34,195 nt of DNA from a virus (lineage: Duplodnaviria > Caudoviricetes). The stretch lies in IMG/VR virus record IMGVR_UViG_3300014656_002176, positions 1-34,195 of that record; one strand, written 5' to 3'. A model generated the notes under the pieces. It saw nothing but the letters and a program-made list of their open reading frames with translations. It ran no database searches and was not told the DNA's origin. Shown here in pieces: positions 26,968-34,195 of this stretch. A program made the translations under genes and the position numbers. Position 1 is the stretch's first letter. Every line of letters starts with the position of its first letter.

Positions 26968-28602
26968 ATGTTTGAGATAGGATCAGCAGTTGCCAAAATT
27001 AAAGCAGACACAAGCGATTTCCAAAAAGGTATCGGGGAAATAAGCGGGAGTACAAGCAAATTGGGGTCTTTGATGACAAAACTTGGTGGTGTTATAGCTG
27101 GCGCATTTGCGATTAGTAAAATAGTTGATTTTGGAAAGCAAGCTAGTTTGGAAGCCTCTAATTTTGAAAGGGCGATGATTTCTTTAGACATTATCGCTGG
27201 TAAATTTGGTGTTAGTGCGGACGTGGCCAAAGAGAAGGCGACAGAACTTGGGAAAAGTTTAAGAATTGGCGTTGGTGCTTCGGCTGAAAGTTTACAGAAC
27301 TTGTTGAAATCAGGATTAAACTTAGATCAATCGGTTGAGTTAATGAAGAGGTTTACAAACGAAGCCATAACAGGCAAGTCGGCAAACATCTCACTTGCTC
27401 AGGCGGTACAAAACTTGTCTTTTGCCTATGCTACTGGAAATAGTGCATTGGGAAATATGTCTGGTATGTCAGAAAACTGGTCGGATATTATAGATAAAGG
27501 TCGGATAGCTTTGGAAAAGGAAGGAGTTGCGACAAAGGATATTACCGATGATATGGCCAAGCTTAGGGGTACAATGGACTTGACAAACTTGACACTAGGT
27601 TCTTCGGAGAGATTTACTGGTACTTTAATTGACAAACAAGCAGAACTGGGCATTAAGATACTTGATTTAAAGGTAAAAATAGGGGACATTCTTAACCCAG
27701 TCTTGGCATTTTTTGTTGGCTTAATGGCGACAGTTGTTGATGGGGTTTCTAATTTTGTCTCTGTATTAACTCAATCTTCGAAAGAAGGTGGTGCTTTATC
27801 AAACGTATTAAGCGAAATGGGTATAGTGTGGAATAATCTAATTGTATTTTTAGAGCCTTTAATTAGTTTATTTGTGGCAAATGTAGTCCCGTTATTACAA
27901 AGCTTGTGGTCTGAATTTATGTATTTTGTAAACGCAGTCGTACCACCAGTCGTTTCCATTGCTGGTTTTTTATATAGATCATTGGTAGAAATATTTACAA
28001 ATCTGTATAATTTTTGGGTACAAAATTGGGAAAATATATCTAAAATTTTGAAAGGCGCATGGGAGTTTATTGTTGGTTTCTTGCAGTGGAATTTTGGTGT
28101 AATAGTTGGAATATTTGTGGTTTTCTTAAACTTACTTACTGGAAACTGGCAGGGTGCTTGGGACGCAATCAAACACTATTCTCAGGTTGCTTGGGATGGT
28201 TTAAAAAATATGTTCAATGGGATAATTTCATTCCTATCTGGTTGGGGTGGCTGGTTGCTTGATGTTCTTACAGAGCCTTTCAGAAAGGCGTGGGAGACTA
28301 TCAAAGGAATTGTGGAAAATATAAAAAACGCTTTAGACTTTACCAAAAGACACTCTCCCTCGGTGGTAGATATTGTCCATAAAGGGGTCGGACTGGTCAA
28401 CAGGGCGTTTGATGATCTAAAAGTGGGTGTTGAGCCGATTGACACACAACACCTATCCCTAGCGGGCGCTGGTACGTCAAATTTGGCATTGAATATAAGT
28501 CTTGATGGGGCAATGATAACCGATGAATACGGCGCAAGGTCAATGGCTGAAAAAGTCGGAGATCTTATCATTACCCAGTTAAAAGGTAATGTGAGGTTCT
28601 AA
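26968..28602 (+). CDS. Tape measure protein (544 aa)
   Basis: N-terminal IGSAVAKIKADTSDFQKG, amphipathic repeats with periodic W/F (GNWQGAWDAIK), HSPS near the C-terminus. Confidence 0.9.
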   Translation: MFEIGSAVAKIKADTSDFQKGIGEISGSTSKLGSLMTKLGGVIAGAFAISKIVDFGKQASLEASNFERAMISLDIIAGKFGVSADVAKEKATELGKSLRIGVGASAESLQNLLKSGLNLDQSVELMKRFTNEAITGKSANISLAQAVQNLSFAYATGNSALGNMSGMSENWSDIIDKGRIALEKEGVATKDITDDMAKLRGTMDLTNLTLGSSERFTGTLIDKQAELGIKILDLKVKIGDILNPVLAFFVGLMATVVDGVSNFVSVLTQSSKEGGALSNVLSEMGIVWNNLIVFLEPLISLFVANVVPLLQSLWSEFMYFVNAVVPPVVSIAGFLYRSLVEIFTNLYNFWVQNWENISKILKGAWEFIVGFLQWNFGVIVGIFVVFLNLLTGNWQGAWDAIKHYSQVAWDGLKNMFNGIISFLSGWGGWLLDVLTEPFRKAWETIKGIVENIKNALDFTKRHSPSVVDIVHKGVGLVNRAFDDLKVGVEPIDTQHLSLAGAGTSNLALNISLDGAMITDEYGARSMAEKVGDLIITQLKGNVRF

Positions 28603-30908
28603 TGGCGACAATAGTAGATTCATATTCAGAAAGTAACTATCATTCTTATGCTGGACTTGATGACGATGATTACCGTTGGAGATATGTTGGGCAATCTTTT
28701 ACTGGTGACGGTGGGGTTTTAAACAGTATTAAGTTTTATTTAGCGAAAGAGGGAGTTCCAACGGGAACTGTTTGTGCAACAATTCACGCTCACTCTGGAA
28801 CTTATGGCACATCATCTGTTGCAACTGGGGCTGTTCTCGCTATTTCTGATACTGTAGATATTTCAGAACTGTCAACGGATTTAACTTTGGTTACATTTAT
28901 TTTTTCTGGGGAAGAAAAAATAACATTAACAGATGAAACATATTATGTTGCTTCTGTATATGGTGGTGAATTGGTTCACGGTGGTAGTAGCTCTAACTAT
29001 ATTGCCGTTGGAGTCGATGATACATCTCCGACACACTCTGGAAATGGTTGGTACTACAACGCAGGAGTAAATTATGCGTCATTTGACACTTGTTTTTATG
29101 TCTATGCAGACGCTTCTTCTCCCAGTCCCTCATTGAGTCCTTCAAGTTCTACATCTCCGTCACAAAGTCCTTCGGTTAGTCCAAGTAGTAGTGTGTCCCC
29201 ATCTCCATCCCCATCATTGTCTCCGTCATCATCAGTTTCACCGTCACAAAGTCCTAGTTTAAGTCCTAGTTCTTCACAATCCCCAAGTTCATCACCTAGT
29301 GAATCCCCAAGCAATTCCCCTTCCGCCTCACCTTCAAGTTCAGTTTCGCCATCAGAATCCCCCAGCTTATCACCATCATCTAGTCAGAGTTCTTCACAAT
29401 CCCCAAGTTCATCACCTAGCGAGTCCCCCTCATCATCCCCCTCACTGTCTTCTTCTCCCTCACCAGCGCCAGATGTAATTACAATAGGTGGAATAGACAG
29501 GACGGCCGATATTATAAACCAAAGCATTGTCATTGAAGATATAATCAACGAAAAGGCAAATACTTGCAGTTTTTCCATTATAGATAGAAGTGGAAACGGC
29601 ATACCAGAAACGGATGACGAAGTGATAATCACCGACGGATACTATGGCGTGGTTTTTGGTGGATATGTAACTTCAATAAGTTTAAAGAAAATGGGGGTTG
29701 GCACGGTAATGGCGAATATAAATTGTGTTGATTATACAAGAATACTTGACAGGTATCTTGTTCACAAAAGTTATGAAAACATGACTGATAAGGAGATTAT
29801 AGAAGACATCGTTAGTACGTATTGTGTTGGCCTAGGAATAACAACAACGAACGTCGAGGAGGGTGTTACCATAGACCAGATCTCGTTTAATTACCTACAA
29901 ATTTCACAGGTTTTAAAGAATATATGCAAGCTTACTAATAGGAACTGGTATATTGATTACGATAAAGATATTCATTATTTTGCGGAGAATGCTTATTCGT
30001 CTCCTTTTGATATTGACAGTTCTTGCGCAAAATATAAAAACCTAAATATCTCAAAAAACAGCACACAGTTGAAGAACCGTGTATATGTTAGAGGTGGTAC
30101 TAAACTTTCAGATTTGACTGATTACATAACAGTAGGCGACGGGGAGACAACAAAGTTTAATCTACCCGACAAGCCACACGATGTCACTGTTTATGTTGAC
30201 ACTGGTACTGGATATGAGGAAAAAACCCTTGGTATAAAAAATATTGATACTTCTGGTTTTGATTGGTACTTAAATTATCAGGAAAAATATATCGAGCAAG
30301 ATTCTGGCGGTTCAGTTTTAACAGCCGACCATGTATTAAAGGTAAACTATAAATATGATATTCCCATTTTGGTCGCAGTTGAGGACACGGAATCTATTAT
30401 GGCGAATGGAGTTCAGGAGTTTGCAATATTTGATACATCAATTTCGACCACTACTTCGGCAAGAAATAGGGCTATCGCCGAATTGACAGATTATTCAAAT
30501 GACATTGTTGAGGGATCTTTTGAAACGCAGGAGGTTGGGTTCAATTCTGGGCAAACAATAAATATAAGCCTAACAGAATACGGAGTTGACGATGACTACA
30601 TAATTCAAAGCGTTATTAGCAAATCAATGGGCGCTGGAATATTTACCTACAAGGTAAAACTAGCAAGCGCAAAAACTCTTGGGATAATTGGATTCTTAAT
30701 AAGGTTACTAGAAATAGACAAAAATTTGGTTAAATTAGACGACGATGAAGTTGTTGACGAATTGTTAGAAAAATCAGACGCTTTATTGTCCGACTCACTG
30801 CTGGATTCGCTAACTATTGATTCTTGCGGTGCTTATTTTACTTGGTGTGATAGCGATGAAACAACGCCGATCACTAGGGCAAGATGGGATTTGTTTAGTT
30901 GGGGTTAA
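28602..30908 (+). CDS. Tail tip/hub protein: N-terminal beta domain + Ser/Pro stalk + baseplate-hub-like region
   Basis: Follows the tape measure gene; GQSFT domain, 119-aa SPS repeat, then VFGGYV...CVDYTRILDR...WYIDYDKDIHYF...NRVYVRGG. Confidence 0.75.
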   Translation: MATIVDSYSESNYHSYAGLDDDDYRWRYVGQSFTGDGGVLNSIKFYLAKEGVPTGTVCATIHAHSGTYGTSSVATGAVLAISDTVDISELSTDLTLVTFIFSGEEKITLTDETYYVASVYGGELVHGGSSSNYIAVGVDDTSPTHSGNGWYYNAGVNYASFDTCFYVYADASSPSPSLSPSSSTSPSQSPSVSPSSSVSPSPSPSLSPSSSVSPSQSPSLSPSSSQSPSSSPSESPSNSPSASPSSSVSPSESPSLSPSSSQSSSQSPSSSPSESPSSSPSLSSSPSPAPDVITIGGIDRTADIINQSIVIEDIINEKANTCSFSIIDRSGNGIPETDDEVIITDGYYGVVFGGYVTSISLKKMGVGTVMANINCVDYTRILDRYLVHKSYENMTDKEIIEDIVSTYCVGLGITTTNVEEGVTIDQISFNYLQISQVLKNICKLTNRNWYIDYDKDIHYFAENAYSSPFDIDSSCAKYKNLNISKNSTQLKNRVYVRGGTKLSDLTDYITVGDGETTKFNLPDKPHDVTVYVDTGTGYEEKTLGIKNIDTSGFDWYLNYQEKYIEQDSGGSVLTADHVLKVNYKYDIPILVAVEDTESIMANGVQEFAIFDTSISTTTSARNRAIAELTDYSNDIVEGSFETQEVGFNSGQTINISLTEYGVDDDYIIQSVISKSMGAGIFTYKVKLASAKTLGIIGFLIRLLEIDKNLVKLDDDEVVDELLEKSDALLSDSLLDSLTIDSCGAYFTWCDSDETTPITRARWDLFSWG
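29115..29471 (+). repeat. Second coding (Ser-X)n Ser/Pro repeat, ~119 aa
   Basis: SPSxSPSSSx units; 32-nt exact direct repeat at 29268-29299 and 29388-29419. Confidence 0.95.
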
Positions 30909-30924
30909 AATCATATAATATTCT

Positions 30925-31395
30925 ATGGACGAAAAACTTAATGACAAAATTATACCAGAGGGAAAAGTTGAGTTAATTTTCAGAAACGTAAAAACTGGGA
31001 TAGAGGATAGGTATCTGGTAAATAATTTAGTTACCAGCGCAGGTAAGGCTTCGATGGCCGACGGTTTACGTGGTACGACTGCGAGTAATAAAGGAATTAT
31101 AACTTATTGTGCTTTAGGAACCGACTTAACAGCCCCAGAGGTCACAGACACGGTTTTGGGTGCAGAAATATTTAGAAAGTTGGTGTCGGTTAGAAGTGTT
31201 TCTGGCAATGTTGCCCTTTTTGAAACCTTTTTTTCAATAGAAGAGGCAAATGGGGAATTAAAAGAGGCTGGATTGTTTGGTGATAGTGCAACGAGCACCG
31301 CAGATTCAGGTACTTTATTTTGTCATTTGGCAATTAGTAGAACAAAAACGAGTAGTGATACTTTAACTTTAAGATGGTCTGTAAGTATAGGGTAA
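30925..31395 (+). CDS. Tail/baseplate structural protein
   Basis: NLVTSAGK, ALGTDLTAP..TDTVLGAEIFRK, EANGELKEAGLF, KTSSDTLTLRW: pattern seen in fibre-attachment proteins. Confidence 0.7.
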   Translation: MDEKLNDKIIPEGKVELIFRNVKTGIEDRYLVNNLVTSAGKASMADGLRGTTASNKGIITYCALGTDLTAPEVTDTVLGAEIFRKLVSVRSVSGNVALFETFFSIEEANGELKEAGLFGDSATSTADSGTLFCHLAISRTKTSSDTLTLRWSVSIG

Positions 31396-31494
31396 GACAC
31401 AATATGTCATTGGCATAATATAGACGGAAATTATAATAGAAACTTAGATGACTTCATTTTATTGTGTCCCAGTTGTCACAAATTAGTCAAATAA
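31396..31494 (+). pseudogene. HNH endonuclease C-terminal remnant
   Basis: Start-less frame DTICHWHNIDGNYNRNLDDFILLCPSCHKLVK*. Confidence 0.6.
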
Positions 31495-31508
31495 GGTAAA
31501 ATATATTT

Positions 31509-31922
31509 ATGGATAGCACAAATGTTACAGCAGGAGAAAACGCAACAGCCTTGGAGTACAACAATTTGAGAAAAGATTTAGTCTTGGGCAAGGCTTTGAG
31601 TGGTGATGAAACAGATGAGGCCACCGTGACTGTTGACGCCTCGGATCTAACTAAAGGGAAAATTAGAGATATTACATTGGGCGGTAATAGAACAATCTTG
31701 GTTACTAACGCAGTTAAAGATCAAATTATCATGTTGAGAATAAAACAAGACGCTACTGGTTCGAGAGTGCCTAGCTGGTCTGGTTCTATTACGATAAGTT
31801 GGTATGGTGGAACTGCACCAACCTTTACAACAACGGCTAATAAAACCGATTCCGTAGCTTTAATTTGTACCAATGACGATGGAGATGAGTTTGAGGGTTA
31901 CATTTTGGGAATGAGTAAATAA
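31509..31922 (+). CDS. Tail fibre-like protein
   Basis: VTAGENATALEYNNLRKD N-terminus; ITLGGN, KQDATGSR..SW, W.GGTAPTFTTTANKTD. Confidence 0.65.
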   Translation: MDSTNVTAGENATALEYNNLRKDLVLGKALSGDETDEATVTVDASDLTKGKIRDITLGGNRTILVTNAVKDQIIMLRIKQDATGSRVPSWSGSITISWYGGTAPTFTTTANKTDSVALICTNDDGDEFEGYILGMSK

Positions 31923-32815
31923 TGAGTGTTTCTGACATAACAGCCAGTTATTCAGGACACATCGGGCCAACTTCTCTTGGTGCTACTTGGAATAATTTAC
32001 AAACGTCTTCTAGTTTCGGCTCTGCCGTAACGGGTGAATGTATTGCAAAAGTTGAAAGACCTGGCTCGGGTGATTATTTCTTTATGTTAAGGGGGTTTTT
32101 AGATTTTGACACGTCGAGTTTGCCAGATAACGCCACAATTACGTCGGTAATACTAAATTTGTATTCCACCTCCGTTGTTAATCAATTAGGCGGTTTTTAT
32201 GTCGTACAATCAAGTAAAACTGAAAATCAAATAGCCGAGGAAGATTGGGATACAATAGTTAGAACAGCATATTCAAACTACATTTCTGGTGCATATAGTA
32301 CTGGTGCAAAATCAGTCTCTTTAAACTCTACTGCCATCTCTAATATAAGCAAAACTGGCTACTCTAAGATAGCCATTATGCAAAGCAATGATTATCTAAA
32401 TTCCGCTTCTGGGCAGGGTAATGATTATTTTGCATTCGCCTCATATAATGATATTACACCAAGCAAAAGACCTTATATAAGTATTACTTGGACAACCCCC
32501 CCAGTGGTCACTAGCGGAGCTGTAAGCGATCTGACCCCTCAATATGCGACAATAAGTGGAGAAGTTACAGACGTTGGCGGTGGTACGGTAACAAGTCGTG
32601 GTATATGTTGGAGTAAAGCGGAAGACCCTACAATATCAGACTCTAAAAACACCTCGTCGGGACAGGACGGCACTTTTTCGGTTTTGGCTAATAGTCTAAC
32701 CCCAGGAACTAAATATTATTATCGTGCTTTTGTCACAACGGAAAACTCCACAACATACGGAGATAATTTGAGTTTCGTAACGCCAAGTGGTGCATTAATT
32801 TTTGGGATGATGTAA
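31922..32815 (+). CDS. Putative virion protein: DNRLRE-like beta domain + fibronectin type III-like domain
   Basis: RGFLDFDTSSLPDNATITSVILNLY...RPYISITW; VTSRGICWS...LTPGTKYYYRAF...TYG. Confidence 0.7.
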   Translation: MSVSDITASYSGHIGPTSLGATWNNLQTSSSFGSAVTGECIAKVERPGSGDYFFMLRGFLDFDTSSLPDNATITSVILNLYSTSVVNQLGGFYVVQSSKTENQIAEEDWDTIVRTAYSNYISGAYSTGAKSVSLNSTAISNISKTGYSKIAIMQSNDYLNSASGQGNDYFAFASYNDITPSKRPYISITWTTPPVVTSGAVSDLTPQYATISGEVTDVGGGTVTSRGICWSKAEDPTISDSKNTSSGQDGTFSVLANSLTPGTKYYYRAFVTTENSTTYGDNLSFVTPSGALIFGMM

Positions 32816-32871
32816 AATTAATTTATAAACTTATAATAAAAAGTATTGAAGATATATAAAACGGGAAAAAT

Positions 32872-33225
32872 ATGAATGAAAACAAAACAAAAATTAGTGA
32901 AGCGTCTCCACCACTGGAAACAAGGACTTTACATGCTGGGGTCATTAGAATTGACCTTTGGAAGGCTTTGGCAATCATTTTCACTGCTGTTCTTGGTTCT
33001 GCTGGAACTGCTATTTGGGGTACTCTTGCTATTGCTAATACAATTCCTTTTCGGGTTGATGCGTTAGAAAAACAAATAGAAGAAGTAAAAGTTGTTGTCG
33101 AATCCAATAATGATAAATTTATGCCATTAGACCTCTCCATTGAAAAGTGGAAAAACAATGACAAGCAACACGATGAAATAATTAGGCGTTTAGATGTTAT
33201 CCAAACTACTTTAAGTAGACTATGA
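32872..33225 (+). CDS. Membrane protein with coiled coil (lysis-associated, holin/XhlA-like possible)
   Basis: Hydrophobic LWKALAIIFTAVLGSAGTAIWGTLAIA followed by heptads; coupled to the endolysin gene. Confidence 0.55.
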   Translation: MNENKTKISEASPPLETRTLHAGVIRIDLWKALAIIFTAVLGSAGTAIWGTLAIANTIPFRVDALEKQIEEVKVVVESNNDKFMPLDLSIEKWKNNDKQHDEIIRRLDVIQTTLSRL

Positions 33226-34064
33226 TTAACTATAACCAAAATGATCCAATTTATTCAAAAATATTTTTGGGTGAATCAAAAAAATACACTTTAAAAAGTG
33301 ATGGGTGTTATGTATTTTCCGTAGCTTATTGTCTGGGAATTGATCCGATAGAATGTAACAGAAGACTATTTGTTGCTGGTGCTTTTTATGCTGATTCGAC
33401 TGGTGACGAGTGTTTACTAAATCATTCAAAAATAAAGTTTGCTTTTCCAGGCAGAATAGAGGATGTTGTTAAATATAATTCCTACAACAACGATGTTTGC
33501 TTAGGGGCAATTGAGAAATATGGTAAATGTATTGTAAAGGTTGATTACGACGGATCTAATTCTACTGCATTCGATACTCATTTTGTGACATTTATAGGCG
33601 ATGGAAAATTGTTTGATTCGCTTGGTGGTAAAATTAAGCCAGTCTCAACATATCCAATACTGTCTGGGTTGAGAATTATTTTATTAAAACCAGTTCAAGA
33701 GGAGGAAGATATGTCAAATATAACAGAGGAAGAAACTAAAATATTAGGATTTATTAGAGAAGGAATTACTATCAATGGTGCAAAAAGAGACATGACCGAG
33801 GGTGATGTTAGACAGGGAATTGGCTACATAACCGATAATATAGAGGGTAAGCTAGAGAAGCTAGAGAAAAAGGTAGAAACACTAACCGAAAAAGTAAAGA
33901 CTTTAACCGAATCTCAGCTATATGATGGCAAATCAGCTTCAGATTGGCACTCGTCTTATGACTCTGCTAGTGCTGAAGTTCAAACTTGGAAGAAAAAATC
34001 ATTACAGGCTAGTACCTTTAGTGATATAGTTAGTGAAATTATTAATCGTTTATTCAAAAAATGA
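33222..34064 (+). CDS. Putative endolysin: C39-like cysteine peptidase + C-terminal coiled coil
   Basis: YNQND, SDGCYVFS (Cys), THFV (His), LFDSLGG (Asp); flanked by membrane protein genes. Confidence 0.7.
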   Translation: MINYNQNDPIYSKIFLGESKKYTLKSDGCYVFSVAYCLGIDPIECNRRLFVAGAFYADSTGDECLLNHSKIKFAFPGRIEDVVKYNSYNNDVCLGAIEKYGKCIVKVDYDGSNSTAFDTHFVTFIGDGKLFDSLGGKIKPVSTYPILSGLRIILLKPVQEEEDMSNITEEETKILGFIREGITINGAKRDMTEGDVRQGIGYITDNIEGKLEKLEKKVETLTEKVKTLTESQLYDGKSASDWHSSYDSASAEVQTWKKKSLQASTFSDIVSEIINRLFKK

Positions 34065-34195
34065 ATAAAATAAAAGCATTTTTCACCAGTGAGAAGTTTC
34101 TCAAGTGGGGCAAGAATACTTTAATCTTCGCCGCACCAGCTCTAGTTATTTTCTTAACCGCAATACAGCAAGGAGTTCCTGTTAATCAGGCTCTA
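34061..34195 (+). CDS. Putative holin (truncated by the window end)
   Basis: MNKIKAFFTSEKFLKWGKNTLIFAAPALVIFLTAIQQGVPVNQAL...; ATGA overlap with the endolysin gene. Confidence 0.6.
   Translation, partial: MNKIKAFFTSEKFLKWGKNTLIFAAPALVIFLTAIQQGVPVNQAL

Larger units (their letters stand above)
1..34195 (+). mobile_element. Tailed bacteriophage (siphovirus-like) late/structural region; free phage or prophage cannot be determined
   Basis: Co-oriented terS, terL, portal, minor head, scaffold, capsid, head-tail connectors, tail tube, frameshifted chaperone, tape measure, tail tip and lysis genes; no sheath gene recognised; no integrase or att site seen. Confidence 0.96.

Noticed and set aside
30925-31494. 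Stop read-through fusing the tail protein to the HNH fragment
   Set aside because: The stop is TAA, the tail protein ends at a natural-looking C-terminus, and the fragment is incomplete; the shared frame has a 1-in-3 chance.
20301-32815. Diversity-generating retroelement or invertible fibre cassette
   Set aside because: No reverse transcriptase or invertase in the window, and no TR/VR pair or flanking inverted repeats noticed.
1-34195. Stop-codon reassignment (code 15 or 25)
   Set aside because: Genes are full length under code 11, and TGA and TAG end genes at sensible positions, often in ATGA overlaps.

Overview
The whole window is the late (morphogenesis) half of an AT-rich tailed phage, siphovirus-like with SPP1/A118-type gene order, and every credible gene is on the + strand. 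It runs from small accessory ORFs and gmd through an HNH nuclease, terS/terL, portal, minor head, scaffold and major capsid. An ~11.8 kb glycosylation cassette (8470-20274) follows: 9 glycosyltransferase genes, 2 SAM methyltransferases and a nucleotide-sugar dehydrogenase. Next come a 1185-aa protein with two LamG domains and a 672-residue (Ser-X)n Ser/Pro stalk, then head-tail connectors, tail tube, a chaperone with a -1 frameshift, tape measure, a tail-tip protein with a second Ser/Pro stalk, fibre-like proteins and the lysis genes. The main candidate novel system is phage-encoded mucin-type O-glycosylation of virion stalks: two GTs carry motifs of eukaryotic polypeptide GalNAc-transferases (DAHC; WGxxxxExxxxxWxxGG; a downstream His, AHLFR in one) and one sits directly before the mucin-like gene. 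Other highlights are a 69-nt tmRNA-TLD-like RNA with a G3.U70 alanine identity pair before terS, recurrent -10 boxes 5-6 nt upstream of start codons, an HNH remnant, and a likely internal start in the endolysin. All calls come from reading motifs by eye; no database searches were run.
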